From NCBI GenBank assembly GCA_022813965.1, contig JALDZS010000089.1, forward strand, positions 62,001-89,463: DNA of 27,463 bases, given 5' to 3'. This document shows positions 10,353-21,199 of this stretch, one piece after another. The position numbers and the translations under genes are program-made. The number at the start of each line of letters is the position of its first letter. Within the stretch, counting starts at the first letter, position 1. Under the pieces are notes generated by a model that ran no database searches, was not told the origin of the DNA, and saw only the letters and a list, made by a program, of their open reading frames with translations. The stretch is from Toensbergia leucococca (Eukaryota).

Positions 10353-13236
10353 ATGAGCGGAAGACTCTTCTCCGTGCGACGTGCCTTGAGGCTACCACTC
10401 TATCCCCAATTCTTGCGCCGATCACTACATCAACCAGCTTCGAGCGCCGGTGGACTATTGCGAGTCCCAAGCAGTATACGACATGGGAAACGGCGAGCAT
10501 GGCCTTTCGGTTCATATGCTGTCCATAATGTCCCTGTGGTGCGGAGTATTTCCTTCGCTAGAGTCGTACCAAATTTGTTCCTCAAACTCGCAAGAATACC
10601 TGCACTGTTTGGAGGAGCTATGATTGCAGGACTCGCATATATACAATACCAAGCTACACGTGAGTCTCGATGCCAAGTGGAGCTTTGAAACGTGCTAAAT
10701 ACAATCTCAAATAGAGGCTGGCAATTATGCAATAGACGTGCTTCAGCGAGCGGGCGAGACTGCGAGTGGGGCAGCGGGGAATATCTTTGGAGGAGCAAAG
10801 GATATCGCTGAGCAGACAAAGAATGGCTGGGAAAGGACAAAGGATAAAATGGATTTACCGGAATGGCTTCAAAAATTGCTGAGCACGGATGAGGTTTCGT
10901 CGGCTGGTGAGGGAGGGCAGTCAGGTAGCGAAGGAGAATCACCTAGACAAAGTAAATCTGGAGCCGCTACAGCAGCAAGTACAGGCGCCGCTTTTGGATA
11001 TTCCCAGTCCCCGGAGGTCGACGACCGGTCTGGAGAGCAAATTGCAAGGGATGACCAAATGATGATACTGACCAAGAAGATGATCGAAATCAGGGGCATA
11101 CTACAGACCATTGGACAATCAAATGCTTTGACCTTACCCTCCATTGTTGTCATTGGATCACAATCATCAGGTAAGAGCTCGGTTTTAGAGGCCATTGTCG
11201 GTCACGAATTTCTGCCCAAGGGATCAAATATGGTCACTCGTCGACCTATCGAGCTTACCCTCGTAAATACCCCAGACGCTCAGGCGGAGTATGGCGAATT
11301 TACGGCCTTAGGGTTGGGCAAGATTACCGACTTTGCTCATATACAGAAGACGCTGACGGATCTCAATCTTGCTGTTCCAGCAGCCGATTGTGTCTCAGAC
11401 GATCCGATTCAGCTCTCAATTTACTCTCCCAATGTACCTGACCTCTCTCTTATCGACCTTCCCGGTTATATCCAGATATCTGGGCTCGATCAACCTACCC
11501 AGCTTAAACAAAAAATTGCAGATCTATGCGATAAATACATTCAGCCTCCCAATGTCATCTTGGCGATATCGGCTGCTGATGTCGACCTTGCAAATTCTAC
11601 TGCTCTACGCGCGAGCAAGAGGGTAGATCCGAGAGGTGAAAGAACCATTGGCGTCGTTACGAAAATGGATCTGGTCGATCCCCAAAGAGGAGCAGGTATC
11701 CTTCGCGACCGGAATTATCCCCTACGACTTGGTTACGTAGGCGTTGTATGCCGCGTACCACAAACCTCAGGACTCTTCTCCAGAGGCAGTGGCAATATCA
11801 CCAACGCTATCACGAAAAACGAGAATGCCTTTTTCTCGGCTCACCCGTCCGAATTCGGGATAGAGTCAGATCTTGCAATCGGCACCACCACACTACGTAA
11901 GAAGCTGATGCATATCTTAGAACAAACAATGGCATCAAGCCTTCAAGGGACCAGTGATGCAATTCACCTGGAGCTTGAAGAAGCCACGTATGAGTTCAAG
12001 GTTCAATATAATGACCGTCCTTTGAGTGCAGAATCCTACCTTGCGGAGAGCCTGGATGCTTTCAAACATTCTTTCAAAGAATTCACGGAATCATTTGGGC
12101 GCCCACAAGTTCGAGAATTGTTGAAGGAACAACTGGATCAACGTGTCTTAGATTTGCTTGCACAACGGTACTGGAATAAGCCAATTAACGATCTTACACC
12201 TCCACTTGCCGAACCAGATTCTCTAAATGACCTCCCAAAGGCTGATGTCGAGTCGCTGTATTGGCAGCGAAAGCTTGATGCGTCAACATCATCGCTTACC
12301 AAACTAGGAATTGGTCGTCTAGCTACTACTGTTGTTGCGAATGCCCTTCAATCCGAGATTGACAGTCTCATAGTTTCTTCTACATTCTCCGCACATCCCT
12401 TTGCCCGTCAAGCTATCACCAGTGCATCGTCTGGAATTTTGAACGAACGGTTCTATAGCACCAGCGATCAAGTTGAGAACTGCATCAAGCCATACAAATT
12501 CGAAATTGAAGTTGAAGATGCAGAATGGGCAAAGGGACGACACAGCGTATCAACTGTGTTGAGAAATGAGCTCAATGCTTGTGTAACAGCAACGAAGGGT
12601 GTCGAAGATGTTGCTGGTGGTAAGAGAAAGTTGAACGATGTCATGAGCTTCATCGATCGAGTACGGAAGCAGGAAGTAGTTCTAGAAGGAGATGGGACAG
12701 GCGGCGCTGGAGGCTTCAGCGCCGCTTTGCTGCAGAAAGGTAAGGCACAAATTAGAATGGACTACTGAAAGTTACTGATGTGGTACATAGGCCGAGAAGC
12801 AGTGTTCCTACGCGACCGTGCCTCAATTTTGCAGATGCGCCTCCTGGCCTTACAGTCTAAACAATGCTCTTCCAAGAAGAACAAATATCAATGCCCCGAG
12901 ATCTTCTTGGACGTTGTCGCAGATAAGTTGACATCAACAGCTGTTCTCTTCTTGAACGTCGAGCTTCTCTCCGAGTTCTATTACAACTTCCCTCGTGAAC
13001 TCGACGCTCGACTTGGAAGACATCTTAGTGACATTGAGATTGAGAGGTTTGCGAGAGAAGACCCCAAAGTTAAAAGGCATTTAGATATCATCAAACGTAA
13101 GGAGATGTTGGAGCTAGTATTGGAGAAGATGGAAAGCTTGAAGATGCTGGACGGAAGAGAGAAGAGGCGAGACTCGATGCTGCAGCAAGCGGCTGGAGGA
13201 GCAAAGGAGAGGGGAAAAGGATGGCGTCTATTTTAG
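10353..13236 (+). CDS. MGM1: Mitochondrial inner-membrane fusion dynamin-like GTPase Mgm1/Msp1 (OPA1 equivalent); exons 10353-10659, 10715-12739, 12791-13236
   Basis: Arg-rich presequence, TM segment IPALFGGAMIAGLAYIQY, and a second Ala/Gly-rich segment GAATAASTGAAFGY. GTPase motifs are LPSIVVIGSQSSGKSSVLEAIVGHEFLPKG, TRRP, DLPG and TKMD. The C-terminus carries FAREDPKVKRHLD. Both introns are canonical. Confidence 0.96.
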
Positions 13237-13630
13237 GTGGGTGGAATCGTGGGTCCTGCATGTATTCGGTGTTGTATGGCGCTGGTATGGAAGAGCCTTG
13301 GTGGTACGGCGTTCTGGAGGACGAGATCATGATTTAGGCACTCTCTATTCAGCGATGATACATACTTGCCTCTTGGCATTCCACTTACCAGGACTAAAGA
13401 TTTGGCAGCACTATAAGGATCTGACAGACGGCATTCTTCAGCTTTCAGGTCTCTATGAGCTGTCGTTTGTCAATTCCAATGTAATGCCTGGCCAAACATA
13501 GAATATCGACAGAACCCCCAAGCGTAGAGTACATGAGAAGAAGTCTCTCATGAAAATGCCACCACCAAGGGAGAACCCCAAGCCATGCTTCCAGTCCAGA
13601 GCTCGCCATTTCAACTGCTATATGTACACG

Positions 13631-14135
13631 TCACATGGTACCTCCACTGCCAAGTTCCTGCCTCTCAAGCCCCTTCTTCCACTCCACCTGCCCCCTAACA
13701 TCTTTAATTGCCTGCAGCGTGCCCCCCAACCTCACGCACCCCATCCGGATCATCCTCGGGTCCAAGCCCACCGTCTTCCGCATCATCTCCTGATTCTCGG
13801 GCGAGGCGTCAAAGCGCACGATGAAGTGGTGGCCGCTGTCGTGGCGCGCTTCATGCTTCTTGACGGATTTGGTCAGGAGGTAGGGGCCCCAATTTGTCAT
13901 GCCGCGGACGACGCCGCCCGAGTTGATGATTAGGGAGCCGATTGTGAAAGCTATCCTTTGGGCGGAATGTTAGTTTAGAGGGGATTCTAAGAGAGGTGTG
14001 GTGGTTGTGGGCGGGGAAGGCAGGTACTCTTTGACTTCGGTGATGTTGCCTGGTCGGACCTGGTGTGTATTAGCGGATTTGATGGACTGTGTTCTGAATT
14101 GCTGGGCTCACCACGACTATCGCCTCGTACAGCAT
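13631..14135 (-). CDS. MRP17: Mitochondrial ribosomal protein bS6m (Mrp17); exons 14135-14112, 14059-14028, 13955-13631
   Basis: The spliced product is MLYEAIVVVRPGNITEVKEIAFTIGSLIINSGGVVRGMTNWGPYLLTKSVKKHEARHDSGHHFIVRFDASP..LGLDPRMIR-like. The MLYE start, GGVVR..NWG and DPRMIR are S6-family motifs. Confidence 0.9.
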
Positions 14136-14281
14136 CTCATCTACGGCCAACTCTCATCGGAGACATTTGTGAAAATAGAAAGCGTGGCTCAGTGGCTGAA
14201 CTACCTTAGTCAGCCTTACCCGCTCCGGCGCCACCAAGACGTCAATCTTTCCAAGCCCCAAGATAGCAGTCACCTATCAAC
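14136..14281. promoter_or_regulatory. Compact bidirectional promoter between MRP17 and GCV3
   Basis: Only 146 bp separate two divergent ATGs. The gap contains the inverted repeat GGCTGA(A)CTA-CCT-TAG-TCAGCC at 14194-14215. Confidence 0.7.
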
Positions 14282-14974
14282 ATGGCAGCGATTGCACGCA
14301 TACGCAGGCCATTCAATTGCTCAAAGCTGTATACGCCCATCCGGCTGATATCTCGAGGAGGTCTCCCTCCGAGGGACCAGGCACAATCTCTCTGCGCGAG
14401 ATTACCACGAAGCACTCCTAGATTATTCGTAACTTCCGCAGCTTGTAGGTGTCATCTTTAATGATCGACCCCCCCAGCATAGATTGACTGGAATCCAATT
14501 GGCTGATATTTGTGTTCAAACAGTACGAGAGAAGAAATTTACCCAAGACCACGAATGGATTGAGCTGTCCCCAGACGGTAAAACCGGTAATCCTTCGTTT
14601 TCCATTGAAGCGTGAATTTCCTTTTTCTGGAATCCCATTGACGTGATATCTTACGCGCAGGCACAATTGGAATATCTACCTACGCTGCCAAAGCCCTCGG
14701 TGACGTTGTCTTCGTCGAGCTCCCGACCCTCGAACTTGAAGTCAGTGCAGGTGACTCCATCGGAGCCGTCGAGTCTGTGAAGTCGGCTTCGGATATTATG
14801 ACGCCTGTATCAGGGACGGTCATAGAGGCCAATGGTGTCTTGGAGGCCAAACCTGGGACCATTAATCAGGGACCTGAGGGAGAGGGGTGGATCGCCAAGA
14901 TTTCCATCTCCGATGCTGAGGAGATGGAGGGCTTGATGGATGCCGAGGGCTACAGGAAATTTACGGAGGAGTAG
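14282..14974 (+). CDS. GCV3: Glycine cleavage system H protein, mitochondrial; exons 14282-14444, 14524-14586, 14661-14974
   Basis: Arg-rich presequence MAAIARIRRPF.., then KKFTQDHEWI, GTIGISTYAAKALGDVVFVELP, the lipoyl-lysine motif GAVESVKSASDIMTPVSG, and INQGPEGEGWIAKI. Confidence 0.96.
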
Positions 14975-15618
14975 GAGATATTTCAGGTGCTAGGGTTCTT
15001 GAGCAACGAGAAGTGCGGATTGGGATTGAATATAGTACGGTGGCGGGATATGATGCAGCAAGATTCAGGGGTCTTTCCACGACTGGGTCCCAGATTGGCT
15101 CTACTTGATGTCATAGAAGTGGGTAAGGTTCATGTTCCACATACATCTGTTGATTGCATCCCCGATCAACTCGGGGTATGAGGGTTTAATTGACTAAGCT
15201 GAACACTTTACCGTGCACTGATGATTCCAGAAACAGATTTCATCTTTCTTTGTCCAGATGATGCGACCTCAGAAAAGTCATGATACGAGATTCACATAGA
15301 GCAAATGAGTGAAGCCTTGTATGACTGGGAGAGACTTTTGGAGTGATGAATAATTTTAGAATTGACCACCACATTTAACACAATTAGGTTGCTAACACAA
15401 ACCTTCATCCATGATTTCAACTCTCGAGCATAGTAACAAACAAAGCATACTCGACCACGCTCCATAATTTTCAAATCAGACTTATCAACATTACAAACCA
15501 AAGGCGTGTCTCTTTTCTTATGACTTAGTCTGGTTCCAACCCGCAATTAACCTGTGAGTGCCTCAGGTATTCTGTCAGTAACAGAATGCACTACTAACTG
15601 AAACTAGGAGCCTTTATC

Positions 15619-16560
15619 ATGTCATCAATCCGACCTTCTACCATTGTTGATAAGTCGTCAAGTCATTTACCAACTATCAATCGCCGCGTTGGAATTTTCA
15701 GACTCCCTGCAGAACTTCGCAATGAGATCTATCGTCTAGTCTTCGCTGTTGCGAACAAGCCCAATTCACTTGAAGATCATGAATTCGCACAAGTATCCCA
15801 GCTGACACCAACCATATTCGCCTTGTTACAAGTTAATCGCCAACTTTACGCCGAAGCTTCGGTGATATTATACAAGGATGTCTACCATGTTGCATTTGTC
15901 GATAGGGCATCTGTCGGATATTTACATGGTTTATCTCCCGAGCATGGAATCTTTCGATCTCCCAGGAGCATGGCGTTCATCAAGAAGCTTTGCATCATAA
16001 TTGATTGGGGGCACGCGTGGAATGATCCAGATCCGAACAGGTTCGTTGATATTGCGCTCCAGATCAAAGATAACGTAAGCGCCTTGTGCGTTATGCTCGC
16101 CAGCAACGCCGGTATCGAGGAAGTAGAGATTGAGTGGCGTGGAGTAGACCACAGTAGTCCATCCGCGCATCACGACGTATCCAGAGGTTTAGAATGGGCA
16201 CTCGAACCACTGCGGCGGCTTCGCGTTAAGAAAAGCATGAATTACGGGAGGATTTCAATGAAACCGATGGCAGGTACTCTGGAGTACCTCGAGGAGTTAA
16301 AAGGCATCATGGAAAGCGATACGCCTGGCGAACCAGTACCCGAACTGGAGATGATGTGGCATTGCCTGAAGAATTACATGTGGGCCTACCGCCTCGAGTC
16401 CCGCCATCCTTTCAAGGAGCAACTCTGCGCCGCTTATAATACCATGCTTGTCGGAGACGCCGCGAATTTCAAAAAGATTCGATCGTCCATTTTGATACTT
16501 GTGGACAAGATATTGGCCCATGGAGGCGAAGCTGGCCGTCGACTGTTGAGTCACGGTTGA
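15619..16560 (+). CDS. Hypothetical protein with an N-terminal F-box-like motif (313 aa, intronless)
   Basis: GIFRLPAELRNEIYRLVF..ALLQVNRQLYAEASVILY..FIKKLCIII..LEPLRRLR matches the pattern of the expanded fungal F-box-like hypothetical families. Confidence 0.75.
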   Translation: MSSIRPSTIVDKSSSHLPTINRRVGIFRLPAELRNEIYRLVFAVANKPNSLEDHEFAQVSQLTPTIFALLQVNRQLYAEASVILYKDVYHVAFVDRASVGYLHGLSPEHGIFRSPRSMAFIKKLCIIIDWGHAWNDPDPNRFVDIALQIKDNVSALCVMLASNAGIEEVEIEWRGVDHSSPSAHHDVSRGLEWALEPLRRLRVKKSMNYGRISMKPMAGTLEYLEELKGIMESDTPGEPVPELEMMWHCLKNYMWAYRLESRHPFKEQLCAAYNTMLVGDAANFKKIRSSILILVDKILAHGGEAGRRLLSHG

Positions 16561-17133
16561 TCTGGTTTGAATCTTTGTAGAGGTGAGTTTCTTCCTCCCC
16601 AGTCCGTCGGGTACACATCATCGTATTCTGACTATGACCAGGGGCAGAGATGTTCTTCCGACAGGGTATTCACTCCATGCAAAGCAAAATCTCAACGTCA
16701 AACGGGCGTGTGTCCATCAGAAGGAAAAAACAGAAATATTCCCCCCTTTCCAACCAGGCTTTTTGCTTCTTTCCCTCACTTGGCCAAAAAAAGCTCCGAC
16801 TTCCGCTCCAGAGGTTTCCCAATCGACTTTCACCCTCCTAGACCAATGTTTTGAGAATTTTCGTTTGTCGTGTCAAGGGCAGGAAAGGAGCGATTGGATT
16901 TATCGCCAAGTATGAGATCTTTTTCCACACCTTACTTTTTTCGGGCGTGAGCGGATTAGCTTGTTTGTTGATATCTGTTCCCCCCTTACCCCCTTGGGTT
17001 TACCAAATTGCAAACGGCTATCTTCTTCTTTTTCCCCGTTGCTTTGAAAAGCATGCAAGGATTTCGTTTCTTTTGTGAGCCCGGGGGGGGATGGGGATAG
17101 TTCATAGTTGAAAATACAGGTGATCTTTTTACG

Positions 17134-17690
17134 GAAGTACCAAAAGCAGTGATTAAAGATCTGCTTTTATCACAAAAACAATCAAACAAAATGATTTGTA
17201 ACTTTTAATGACAAACTCAACCCTCCTTTGTCATTGTGCATAAATGAACACTTTTAACATTCTCTCACTACTTTCCCCCCCCCCCCTCTCTCTCTCTCTC
17301 CCCCCTCTTCACTCACTTGAACCAAAACCCTTCAATTCTCAAAAACAACAAAAAAACACATCACAGTTTCTTTTTTCTCTCACACAAAAGCAAACTCTGT
17401 CATTAACAGAGTAACATCTCATAACTCATCTCTCTCTTTCTCTTTCTCTTCAATAAATATCAAAAAATCAAGACAGAAATCTCATACAAAAATCTTTCTC
17501 AAAATAAAAATAAAAAACAGAAAACAGAAAAAAGAAAAGAGAAAAAGGGATCAGAGCTTTTTTTTTGTTTTAAAAAGGTAAATCACATCAGAGAGAAATC
17601 TTCTTTATTAAGATTCTAATGCTTTTTTCTGATTTTGCTTTGTTACTGAAAATATTAACATTAAAGAGGGCAAGGGTGGATTTTCAACAG
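17134..17690. repeat. AT-rich, CpG-free degenerate tract (probable mutated repeat relic), including a C12+(TC)7 pyrimidine run at about 17271-17310
   Basis: I saw no CG dinucleotide between 17134 and 17690. The tract has long A and T runs and no ORF. Confidence 0.55.
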
Positions 17691-17815
17691 CGAACCTTTA
17701 ATTTACAATCCTAAGCTTCTAGACCCCAAGACCTCAATGTGTATACCTATATAACCCCTCAAGAAAGTCGATGCTCAGCCCCATATCTCATGATACCAGA
17801 ACGCCTCCGAATGCT

Positions 17816-18172
17816 TCAGGAGGGGTCTCGGGTCGTACTCATACTAGGGGCCACGACACTGGTAATCATGAAAAACACCTCTGTATCAGTGACAAAGTTT
17901 AGTGGAATATTGAGAGAATATCTGCGTCCCCAAGGATCCCGTCGGTGTGGGTGTGTGTCTCTCTCCTTCCTTTCAAAAGACCATGACAGGATCTGTCCGA
18001 ACTCTATGAACGGCTCTTTGGATAAAGCTCGTAGCAATCGGCCTAGGTTGGTAAAGAAACCTTGGGTGTTTCTCCACTCTTCTTGACATTTTTAGCCCCT
18101 ATGGGATAGTCGAGGTCTCTCTACCTTACCCTTCTCCTCCACGATCGAGCAGGTGCTCCCTGTTTCCATCAT
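17816..18172 (-). CDS. Candidate small spliced ORF or gene relic; exons 18172-18130 and 18081-17816
   Basis: A 48-nt intron-like segment GTAAGG..GCTAA..AAG removes the in-frame TAA and gives MMETGSTCSIVEEKEEWRNTQGFFTNLGRLLRALSKEPFIEFGQILSWSFER... Confidence 0.25.
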
Positions 18173-18294
18173 AACCTCGTTGTCACCGCGCTGGGCGTCT
18201 GAATCGTATCGATGATTGCGAGCGAGGCTCAAAATGTCAAGCGAGACACAAGTTTCATCTTCGATTGGAGGCGAGTTCCCATGTTGTCAAATCA

Positions 18295-20538
18295 TCATAG
18301 CACAAGCCCAACATTGTGACCTCGTCTCCTGGACTTTGCGATTCTGACAGCACAGTCGAAACAACAATCTTCGCCTCTCAATAAAACTCGTGCAGGTTCT
18401 AAATCCACGTGACCCCAATGGTTAAACATTCTTTGCAAGAGTACCCACCGGGCAGAGCTGTCGCCAGCGACCAAACCAGCATGGACGGCACCCTCCTGGC
18501 ATTCTGCCCAGGCAGCAGGAGTCACTTTGTTAACACCTTCTTGGCTGAACTCATATACGAGTTTATCTGGCCGAGTAAAGCCTTGGAAAACCCACGTATC
18601 TCCAGGGACAGTAACGCCTTGACCAAGCTGGGCCGAATGCTCGCAAGCCGGAATATGGCCTACTTGCCAGAAAAGATCTTGCATGCCGCGAAATCCCAAA
18701 AGGATACCATATTCGGTCCTTCCCTCGTTGATAATTCGTTCGCACTCAAAATGTTTTGCAGCTTGGAATGCTATTTCCGAGACTTCAATATAGAACTTTG
18801 TCTTTTTGGGTCTGGTCCAGCTTTCAACAGTGACCTGATCTCCTGGCCGTGCAACGGCTACATAGTCAGTCTCAAGCTTGTGCGAAAGGCTCGCAGCGTT
18901 TCTCGCTCCATACCCTCCGTATCCTGCTGCGCCGTCAAGAATCCATCGTTTGCGTTCGCCATATCTCATCGGGACCCCTAGTATCACAACGATACCTGGT
19001 TTGATTTGGCTCGGATCTGTTGCAGTGATGGCATTAACACATAGGCTCCATCCCCATGCGCTAACCACTGCAACATTACCAAGCTCGGCAATATCAATAT
19101 CCGGGCTTCTCCCCAGAAGCAGACGTGCCATTGTGCTGAAGGCTTCGCAGGCGTCAGGTAGATGGAAGACCTCATACTGAGATTTGGTAAGTGCAAATAA
19201 GTCCAATGGAAGACCCTCACAGCTTTCTAGGTTTGTGACCATCGAAATTACAAGGACCACGTAAGCTAGTCGTAGTACAAGCGCTTTGAGCATTACCATG
19301 GACATATTCTGTCCGAGGACATATTGTTCAAGAATTGCCGGAAGTTCATGCGTTTGCCACGAGGATCGAGCAAGGCAGGTGTGCTCGGCGTTTAAATCCA
19401 ACTCATCAAGCGCATGGCCACTCTTCGCAAATAGATATTTACCGACATTCAAAACCCGTTGGGCTGAAGGGTGTATGTGTTTGCCTTGCGAGTCGAGGCT
19501 AGTGTCCATCAATACTGTAGATCTCTCTCTAACCAGCACAATGCAAGAGGTTATCACAGCGTCCACGAATGACGGAATGACATGAGGTTCATCAACTTCG
19601 AGTTCGAGGATTCTACTTGCGTAGCCAAGGACTGGATGCCGACAAGCTGGCTCAAGTAGTCCGAGTCCAAATGAATCCTCGGAAACATGGAAGAGAAGAT
19701 CCTGTGTTTCGTTCAACAAGGAAACTTGTGTCAAGCGATCGGTGTTGTCCGTATATCGACAGTCGATATATACCGACTCGGGGCCATCTCCAAATCGGAA
19801 GACGTCGTTCTCTGCCTCAACAACCACTGTCAGTCCAAGCACATGATGTGCCCAGACCACAATGGTTACTACTCCTTGCAAGCATCTGATTCGCAGAAGT
19901 GTGTCTTCAGGCAAATGTTGTACTGCTGTAAAAGAATCAAGTAGAGCCTGTAGGACAGGCGTTGGCAATGGTCGTGTGTCATAAGGTTTGTTGCTCGCAA
20001 AAGCACCAGCCAGCGTTGTCTCGACAGCGGAGAATACCAGTTCCCACATAAAGCCACTTGTCTGTTCCCGGCATGTTCTCAAGGTAGCCTTCAAGGCATC
20101 GTATCTTGGTAGGGGTATAGGAACATTAGCGCCTTTTGCTCTGTGTTCCAGTGCTCTAATGAGAGCTCCAGTGAGTGAGGTGAGATGGTGAGTGAATGTT
20201 AAGAGACTAAGTTGTATTACAGTAGAAAGGTAGACGGGCTCTTTCAGGCTACGTCTCACAGTCGGTCCTCCTGCTTCAATGACTAGTTCTGCTAGATCGG
20301 AAATCTTCTGAATGACGGATTGCTTGAGGGCGGTGCGGAAAGTACTCTCGAAGCGAGAGTCAATCCGATTCCTTCCAAAGACCTCGGCGAGATCTTCTTC
20401 TGTGAGAAAGTCAGATCCAGAAGCCTGAAGCTCTCGCACCAGGTGAATGAGCCCCCGGCCTGCGGTGCTGACAAGAGCTCCAAATGGAATTAGCTTGGTC
20501 AACTCGAGAGACAGTGAAAATTGATTCGTAAAGGCCAT
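18295..20538 (-). CDS. Uncharacterised 747-aa intronless fungal protein with C-terminal CxH and CCxxC motifs
   Basis: A 2244-nt uninterrupted ORF with an ATG start and globular-protein composition. Motifs include ASGSDFLTEEDLAEVFGRNRI, VVWAHHVLGLTVVV, SAWGWSL, PACEH and LRGEDCCFDCA. No catalytic domain recognised. Confidence 0.85.
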   Translation of the reverse strand: MAFTNQFSLSLELTKLIPFGALVSTAGRGLIHLVRELQASGSDFLTEEDLAEVFGRNRIDSRFESTFRTALKQSVIQKISDLAELVIEAGGPTVRRSLKEPVYLSTVIQLSLLTFTHHLTSLTGALIRALEHRAKGANVPIPLPRYDALKATLRTCREQTSGFMWELVFSAVETTLAGAFASNKPYDTRPLPTPVLQALLDSFTAVQHLPEDTLLRIRCLQGVVTIVVWAHHVLGLTVVVEAENDVFRFGDGPESVYIDCRYTDNTDRLTQVSLLNETQDLLFHVSEDSFGLGLLEPACRHPVLGYASRILELEVDEPHVIPSFVDAVITSCIVLVRERSTVLMDTSLDSQGKHIHPSAQRVLNVGKYLFAKSGHALDELDLNAEHTCLARSSWQTHELPAILEQYVLGQNMSMVMLKALVLRLAYVVLVISMVTNLESCEGLPLDLFALTKSQYEVFHLPDACEAFSTMARLLLGRSPDIDIAELGNVAVVSAWGWSLCVNAITATDPSQIKPGIVVILGVPMRYGERKRWILDGAAGYGGYGARNAASLSHKLETDYVAVARPGDQVTVESWTRPKKTKFYIEVSEIAFQAAKHFECERIINEGRTEYGILLGFRGMQDLFWQVGHIPACEHSAQLGQGVTVPGDTWVFQGFTRPDKLVYEFSQEGVNKVTPAAWAECQEGAVHAGLVAGDSSARWVLLQRMFNHWGHVDLEPARVLLRGEDCCFDCAVRIAKSRRRGHNVGLVL

Positions 20539-21199
20539 TCTTCAGTTTCCATGGCAAGTAGAACGGACAGAAGGAGAAGTCGACAGCAGAACACAGCGAA
20601 GAAGCGGGCTGGAGGCTGTTCAGCCATGGTGAGGATCACCAGATCCGATTGGGTACGAGGTTCGCGACGCAGCGGCTAAAGTGTGATAAGGTAAGGTATC
20701 ATTGGATTTAATGTGCGTTTGTGATGACAGGGACCGTTATGAAACTCGCCTTAGGGACGGGCCGTGGGATTAATGTCCCGATGCCTGGAAAATTCGTACC
20801 AATGACTTTGACATGGTGATACAGGGCGCAGTATTGATTACGCGGTGGCCATGGAGAACACAATATGGAATTTAGAGGTAGGTACATATATCTGTGAAGT
20901 ATTACAAAGAAGTAGATACACATATATGTATGTATGTATGTAAAGAGGAGTAAGAAATAAAGTCACACGCCTGGTATGGACGGTTAGGAAGAGAATCCGG
21001 TGTGCATCATTAATGGGAGGGGCAAGAAATTTGTCCTGAAGAAAATATGGGGAAGGGCAGAGACGTGAGACTACATTCGGCGCCCGAATCCTTGGCAAGT
21101 GGTCCTATTCGAACACAAATCTCACGTTGCTTGGTCTTGTTATAGAACATCACGCAATTGACAGCAGAAGGTGAGATTCGTCGACAGATCCTTGACCCG

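Noticed and set aside
10430..10942. 170-aa minus-strand ORF
   Set aside because: It is an antisense shadow of MGM1 that crosses an intron.
13550..13933. 127-aa plus-strand ORF
   Set aside because: It is an antisense shadow of MRP17 exon 3.
14185..14260. TGGCTCAGTGG matching the Pol III A-box (possible tRNA)
   Set aside because: There is no B-box (GTTCRA) or cloverleaf, and it lies within a 146-bp divergent promoter.
15219..15330. TGATGA C-box-like motif (possible C/D snoRNA)
   Set aside because: I found no CTGA D-box or terminal stem at a suitable distance.
16583..17078. Overlapping short + ORFs after the F-box-like gene
   Set aside because: They have non-ATG starts or low-complexity content, with no recognisable domain or consistent splice pattern.
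18409..18981. 190-aa plus-strand ORF
   Set aside because: It is an antisense shadow of the 747-aa gene.
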